Origin: Hypanus sabinus
Lineage: Eukaryota
Assembly: GCF_030144855.1 (NCBI RefSeq)
Contig: NC_082727.1
Span: 20,956,001-21,020,000, forward strand
Direction of reading: 5' to 3'
DNA: 64,000 nucleotides
The first letter of the stretch is position 1, and each line of letters begins with the position of its first letter. The position numbers were made by a program, and so were the translations under genes. The notes under the pieces are model-generated. The model was not told where the DNA came from. It ran no database searches and saw only the letters and a list, made by a program, of their open reading frames with translations. Positions 57,749 to 64,000 of this stretch are shown in pieces.

Positions 57749-58399
57749 TAATGCCTCAGTCTCCTTCACATCACCAGAATGCAACCGGACGAAGGCAAGT
57801 GTCCCTGCTGTTGAAAATTAAAACCAATGGAGTTGAAAAATCCATCAACACCAAATGCACCCCATTTATTTACCAGTCCACGCTGGACATAGAGTCTGTA
57901 GTGAGACCAACCCCAAAAACTGGGCCCCATTCTCCTCCAAGCCCCAGAGGTTGAGTAAGCAGAGAACAGGAATGAGAGTGGAATGCAATCTATCTACGAT
58001 GCTGAAGGTGAACTGTAGGAAAGAACGAGGAGTGGGGGACAGTGACGAACTGTCGTCGAAAATGTTTCATCAAAGGCAAAGATGTCTACCCACTAGATGT
58101 CAGCTATCTCCTGCAGACTGATGGGGAGTCCGTGTCCTCATCAGTCATCTCAAAGCTCACAAAACCGTACAGGAATCACCGTCAACCCGCAGAACTATTC
58201 ACAAGATATTTGAGTTGTATTTATTAACACTGTGCATCTTCTTTCACGAAAACATGCAAAACCGTTTTTAAAATCCTCTGCCATTTCCCCTTTTCCGCAA
58301 TATAAGTTCTCTGCTCCCGTTCTGTAACGTGTTCCTAACTATGTATAGAACGGCGGGAATCACTTCAGGAACAGGTTCTACTTCCCACTCCCCCGGCCT

Positions 58400-59020
58400 G
58401 GACCTTCCTTATACCCCGAGGCATGCGACCAGTTACACTACAGACACTGCGAATGTTACCCACGGCCTGCGGAGCCAGGGCCAGGATGATTTGGGGTTGT
58501 CAGTAGGCGACATAGACGGAAGCCTCCGCCGCCTAACACTCTCCCGATGGAACATGAGCCATCTTCGCTACTCGATTGCTCCATACTGGAGGAAAAAGCG
58601 GTCCTCCGAGGACGCGGGTGTCACTTACCATCTGCAGGTGAACGCCATGATCGCCGCTCGATTGCACTGACCTGGAAGTCGGCACGGTCCTCCGCGGACG
58701 CGGGCGCTAATTGGCTGTTGCGAGTGTCATTCGGAGGTGGGATCGAGGAGAGGGAGGGAGCACGGGATCGCGCGGGTGACGGGAACGAGCATCAGGCGCG
58801 CGCTTCGAAAGGGGTGGCAGCGTCTCCAGGCATGGCGGCGCCTCTGTGGAACTGACGACCCCATCGCCCGTAAGGCGGCGGGACAGCGGCCGCGCCCGGC
58901 AGGAGGGCCCGGGGTAGGGTTCCTGGCTCCGAACGATCCCAGACCGAGTGTGTATTTACGGCTGCAATTTCCACAGAGTCACCAAGAACAACACGAGTAC
59001 CTTTGGGACAATCTGCAGTA
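58400..59020. promoter_or_regulatory. CpG-rich bidirectional promoter shared by STN1 and SLK
   Basis: Marked CpG enrichment relative to flanks; head-to-head genes; ETS-like GGAAGT (58674), ATTGG/CCAAT (58710), YY1-like ATGGCGGC (58832). Confidence 0.7.
58629..58680 (-). other. STN1: Putative STN1 non-coding first exon (5' end uncertain)
   Basis: Consensus donor ATG|GTAAGT on - inside the CpG-rich region. Confidence 0.55.
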
Positions 59021-59025
59021 ACCAG

Positions 59026-59280
59026 GATCACAGGGAGCGATCCGGAGCAAAACGATCACCGCGTAGTGATCCGGAGTAAAACGGTCAATCGGAGCGATTC
59101 GGAGTAAAACGATTACCCGGAGCGATCCGGAGTAAAACAATCACCCTCTGTGATTCAGAGTAAACGGGATCACCAAGAATGATCCGGAGTCACTGCGATC
59201 ACCAGGAGTGATCCGGAGTAAAACGATCTGCAGGAGTGATCCGGAGTAAAGCGATCACCGGGAGTGATCCGGAATAAAGC
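59026..59280 (+). repeat. Nine 28-29 bp tandem units (GATCAC-N5-GTGATC-CGGAGTAAAAC) upstream of the SLK ATG
   Basis: Units read directly from the sequence. Confidence 0.9.
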
Positions 59281-59313
59281 TTGATATCAAAGCCACCAGT
59301 TCGAGCCTCCTGA

Positions 59314-59550
<237 letters not shown>

Positions 59551-62500
59551 TGAGTGGGCTATGATAACCAGTCAGGGAGCCCTCCCTGCTTTCCAGAGAA
59601 GTCCCATGAAGTTGGAGAGTTACACGGAGCAGTCGCTTAAAACATTGGTCATTAGTAGTCAGCAATAGTAGGTTTGAAAAAGCAGTACATGTACTCTGAG
59701 TGTTCTTATGACAGAGAACAAAGTTCATTGTGTTACTTTTAGCCAGCATCTGAAGCTGGGCAAAATAGGAAGCACGGTTTTGAAACATAAAGATTCGATT
59801 ATTTGTTTTCATAAGACATAGGAGCAGAATTAGACTCTTTGACCCATGGAGCTTTTCATGTCTAAGTTATAAACTGGTTCAACATGGAAAGATGATTATC
59901 ACTTTGTAAATTGCTCAATAGTATAGGTAGTTGGCAGCACAGTGAATAAAATGACAATAGTCTTGTTATTGTAGAAAGGGGGAAAAAAAGGCCTGAGGAA
60001 GGGTCTCAGCCTGAACATCAGCTGTTTATTCCTCTCCATAGTTGCTGCCTGACATGCTGAGTATTTGTGTGTGTTCCCCTGGATTTTCAGCCTCGGCAGA
60101 ATCTCTTGTGTCTAGAAACAAATACGTCCCTGAAATAAATAATTTGAAAGGATTGGATAGGAAGGAGGGCGTGGGAGAGTACATGGGTCACTGGTTTGTG
60201 TTCATAGTTGCTTTCTCATTTCAGTTTCAGTTCTTCCCCTCAGTCCCTCCAAGGCCACAGACCGTTAGTGGGCCAAAGCCGTAATAACACAGGACCCTAA
60301 TAAAGCCCAGAAAGTTATGAGATAAAATCACTCACCTCAATAATGTAGATAAGTTCATTCTTCACTTCAACACTGAACTGATTCCACAACTTACGAACAC
60401 AATTTCAAGGACTTCACAATTCATGTTCTCAACTTTATTTAATTTTTTTTGTATATACGCAATTTGTCTTTTGCTCATTGAGTATTTGTCTTTGCTTGTG
60501 TGTGGTTTTTTCATTGATCCTATTGTGTTTCTTTGTGTCTACTGTGAATGCCCACAAGAAAATGAACCTTTGAGTAGTAACAATAAATTTACTTTGAACT
60601 TGTCTGCGAGGTTCATAGATAAGGTGGAAGTATCAAGTACTAAAAGGCATAGTTTTAAAATGAGGGGGACAAAGTTTAAAAGAGATTTTTTTTATTTTAC
60701 CCGAAGTGTGGTAGGGTTCCAGAACTGCACTGTTAGAGTAGGTGGTGGAAGAAGATACAGGACCAACATTTAAGAAGCACTTAAACAGGTGCAGGTGGGA
60801 TTAGTTTAATTTCACATTGTGATCAGCACAGACTTTGACATATGTGTCATTTCATGTTCTGTCATTAGATAGGTGTTGAACAGAATTAGCCTGTTGTGCT
60901 TTGTTTTGAAACAGGAGTCCTTGATCACCTCTTGAAAAGTTCCTGCAAGAAATATTGTGTATTGATGCAGATTTAGCAGTGCTAACTATTCGAACTTTCA
61001 GAAGGCATCTGAGAATTGGGGATGAATGAAGAGAATGTGGCAACAGGGATTTGGCATTGCTCCCCAGTGTCAGAACCCTTAGGTTAATTAGCCAATGTAA
61101 ATTGATCTCACTGTGCAGATGATAGGGAGACCCTGAGAAAGTTGACAAGAATTTAAGTAAAAAAAAATCAATATTAACATAGGTTAGTGTAAGTGGGTGG
61201 TTGATAGTGTGAACTTGATGGGCTGAAGGGTATGCTTCTGTTCTGTATCTCCGATAGTGCAGCACTGTATGAGTCCTTCAGTTCATAATGTTGTGTGTGC
61301 TCATATAATCCTACTTCCCTCCTATACAGCCCATATCCCTCCATCTCTGATCCTGTGATTTAGTCCATCAGTTAGCATTTAAGGTGTAGGAGCCACAGAG
61401 CACAATTTGAAGGCCGAGTTTGTGATGTGTTTAACAGGCCAGGGCAAATCACTGCATCATGCTGTAAGGAGTGGAAAAAAGTATTCACGGAACAGGGAAA
61501 AAGGTATGTGAGGGGATTATAAAATCGGCTAAACTCATGGTCTGTAGATGGTGATTGAGTATCAAGGACCCTCGCCATTCTGGACACGCCCTCTTCTTAT
61601 CGCTACCATCAGGGAAGAGGTACAGGAGCCTCGATGATTAGGAGTATGTTCTTCCCTTTGCCATCAGATTTCTGAAAAGACCATAAACCCATGAACACTA
61701 GCTTACTATTTTGCTCCCTTTTTGGACTACTGATATATTTTTGAATATTTTTATTGTAATTTATAATAATTTTTAATGTATTGCACTTACTATTGATAAA
61801 ATAGCATATTTCACACCTTATGTCAGTAACTCTGATCTGAGGCAGAGGTGACATCACATTCGGTAAAGCCTCATGTTCACTGTTCAGCTGCTGTGACCTC
61901 ATTGGATGAGAGGGTGAGGGAGGGAGTTACTGGATTGATCCCAGGAATTAGGATCTTTAGTTGAGCACAGAAGTTGGAGTTCTTTGCGTTATAACTGAGA
62001 AGGTTTAAAAGCTGACACCTTTGTCAAGAAACTAGGAAGTCTGGTTCTTTCAGGTGGGGATGGGTCAGTCACCAAAAGTTTCAGCTCATCAAGAAGGGGA
62101 AAGGAGTTCGTAGAAGACCTGAGTGACTGAGCAGAATCCAGTCTCTTAAAAAAAGAAGGGTACTTGAGATCATACACAAAATAATTATGAGAGAAAGGCA
62201 TGTAATTGGGATAGAACAGAAACTCACTAGCCAACCGACATTAACAACCTCTCTCAGCCAATGTGCTCACTGTTCCTCTCAGTTTTTGGCCCTAGTTGTA
62301 CTCAGCAGGCTGCCTTGTGAGCCTGACATCAGATTCCTGAAACAGGCACACTGTTTGTCACAGGAGGAGATCACCAGGCAGACAGGATATGCCGAAAGCT
62401 TCCTTGAATTGATACATTATCTCCTTCTGCCCAAAATGGAGGAGGAGTATTGGGATAGTGTCGAATTTTGAAGCCATGCATCAAGAGTGCATGGGTAGCC

Positions 62501-64000
62501 TGTGCAAATGGAGGATGCAGTACTTCAAAAACCCTTCAGCCATCCTATCAGGTACCAGTGTAACCAGAATAGCCTGTGGCTCCTGCAGTGGCATCTTCAA
62601 TTGCTGTAGCCCCCCCACACAACCAGAAAAGCAAGCCGTTCCTGATCATGCAAAGCAGCCAGCACTGGGCACGTCACACGGAGTCTGATCCCTCAGGAGG
62701 CCCACCAGCAGAAGGACTGACTTACCTTCCTCTGTGGGGCTGAGCGTATGCTGAATCTGTGGCACATTGTTTGTTAACTACTGTCCACTGAAACTCCTGG
62801 TTGCGGTGGAACTGGTGCCATATTAACTGTAGGCTGCAATATTTGATGTTGTTTTTTTATGTTGAGTTAACATTTGACTCGCGTCACCAGCTCCTGATGT
62901 TCACACCCCACTCTAAAATAAATCTGCTCAACTCAAACTACCTGATTGCAGCAAATGGGTAGTGTTTGTTTCTCAGGTTTGATGGATTGTGCTGGTGTAC
63001 TCTAGAGTGGCCATTGGCTGTATTAGGAGCTGGAAGTGTGACAGACTTTTAGCCTCTATAAATAACTGGAGTATGTTGCTCTTAAGCTTTATTGCCATTG
63101 GTCATGGTATCTGTCTTCTGCAGCTGAAGGAGTGGGGGGGATTTATGGTACAAATCATGGCTAAAAATCTTCCTTGTATCCCAGCATCATGGGAAATTCT
63201 GTTGATTATTTTAATGATGTCATCAGGTCATACGTCACAGAAGCAGTCCCTTTGGCCCATCAACTCCATGCTGACCAAGATGGCTGTCTCAGCTAGTGCC
63301 ATTTGCCTGTGTTGGCCCGTGTCCCTCTTGGCCTTTTCTATCCAAATATGTTACTGGTGTTGGGGCCAGCTGTTGCCTCTGGGTTTGTTGTGGAGAGATA
63401 TGGAGGTCTGCAGTGGGAGTTGTAGAGCTCACATTTTAATGTTATTTGTAGTTAACCAGCCAAACGCAAGGTGGTTTAAGGATAGGTGTTTTTGGAGAAT
63501 AAGCTGAGAAACATTATAAATTAAGGCACAGTTGCCTCACAGTTGGCCAGAAGATGCAGAAACAAAGTGACAAGTTCATGTTGGTCTTTGTTACTGACAG
63601 GAATTTATAACAAAGAATGTGACAATGACTTGATAAGAAGCTGCAGAGAGAAGTATGTGCAGATATGGCATTAATATTGCTTCTTCTTGTGTTTATCACA
63701 CCCATGGAGTATTTATTGTAGCTATTGACTGGATTCAGTTCCTGGAAGTGCATGCTCAAGCAGTGGGGCAGATTCCTTGGGAGTTGGTTGTCAGAATTGA
63801 TTGCAAGATCACTGTTATCTAGAGTTTTGTAACTCTGGTGCGACATAGTAGTGCAGAGGGAAGTGCGGTGCTTTACAGCATTAGCTGTAGGTCAAGGTGC
63901 AGTCTTGCAGCTGGTAAGATGAACTCTGTTGTCCATAAAGAGTTTGTATGTTCTCCCCGTGACCACGTGGGTTTTCCCCAAATGCTCTGGTTTCCTTCCA

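Noticed and set aside
59026-59280. CRISPR-like appearance (palindromic repeats with variable parts)
   Set aside because: Vertebrate context, variable parts only 5-6 nt, no cas genes; it is a tandem repeat.

Overview
Vertebrate genomic DNA, probably a cartilaginous fish such as a ray (inferred from the CR1/SINE/Tc1 repeat landscape). Three spliced genes can be rebuilt by hand from GT-AG exons. (1) The 3' part of a collagen XVII (COL17A1-like) gene on + has 33 exons in the window (40-36839, about 950 codons), all joined in phase 1. (2) A complete STN1/OBFC1 gene lies on - (9 coding exons, 57748 to 40821, 375 aa). (3) The first coding exon of SLK is on + (59371-59520) and shares a CpG-rich bidirectional promoter with STN1. 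The standout feature is the collagen C-terminus: after the last Gly-X-Y exon come seven tandem, in-frame, non-collagenous exons (six of 114 nt, one of 135 nt; core QFDWEKVFNGNRTAYEEFLR). They sit on ~1.8-kb exon+intron duplication units, some nearly identical. The repeat resembles the single N-glycosylated NC2 motif of mammalian collagen XVII, here multiplied, while the last collagen domains appear lost. Also notable are a 9-unit dyad/hairpin array upstream of the SLK ATG and a gene order that differs from human. Most entries in the ORF track are spurious or TE-derived. Gene identities rest on recalled human sequences, not on database searches.
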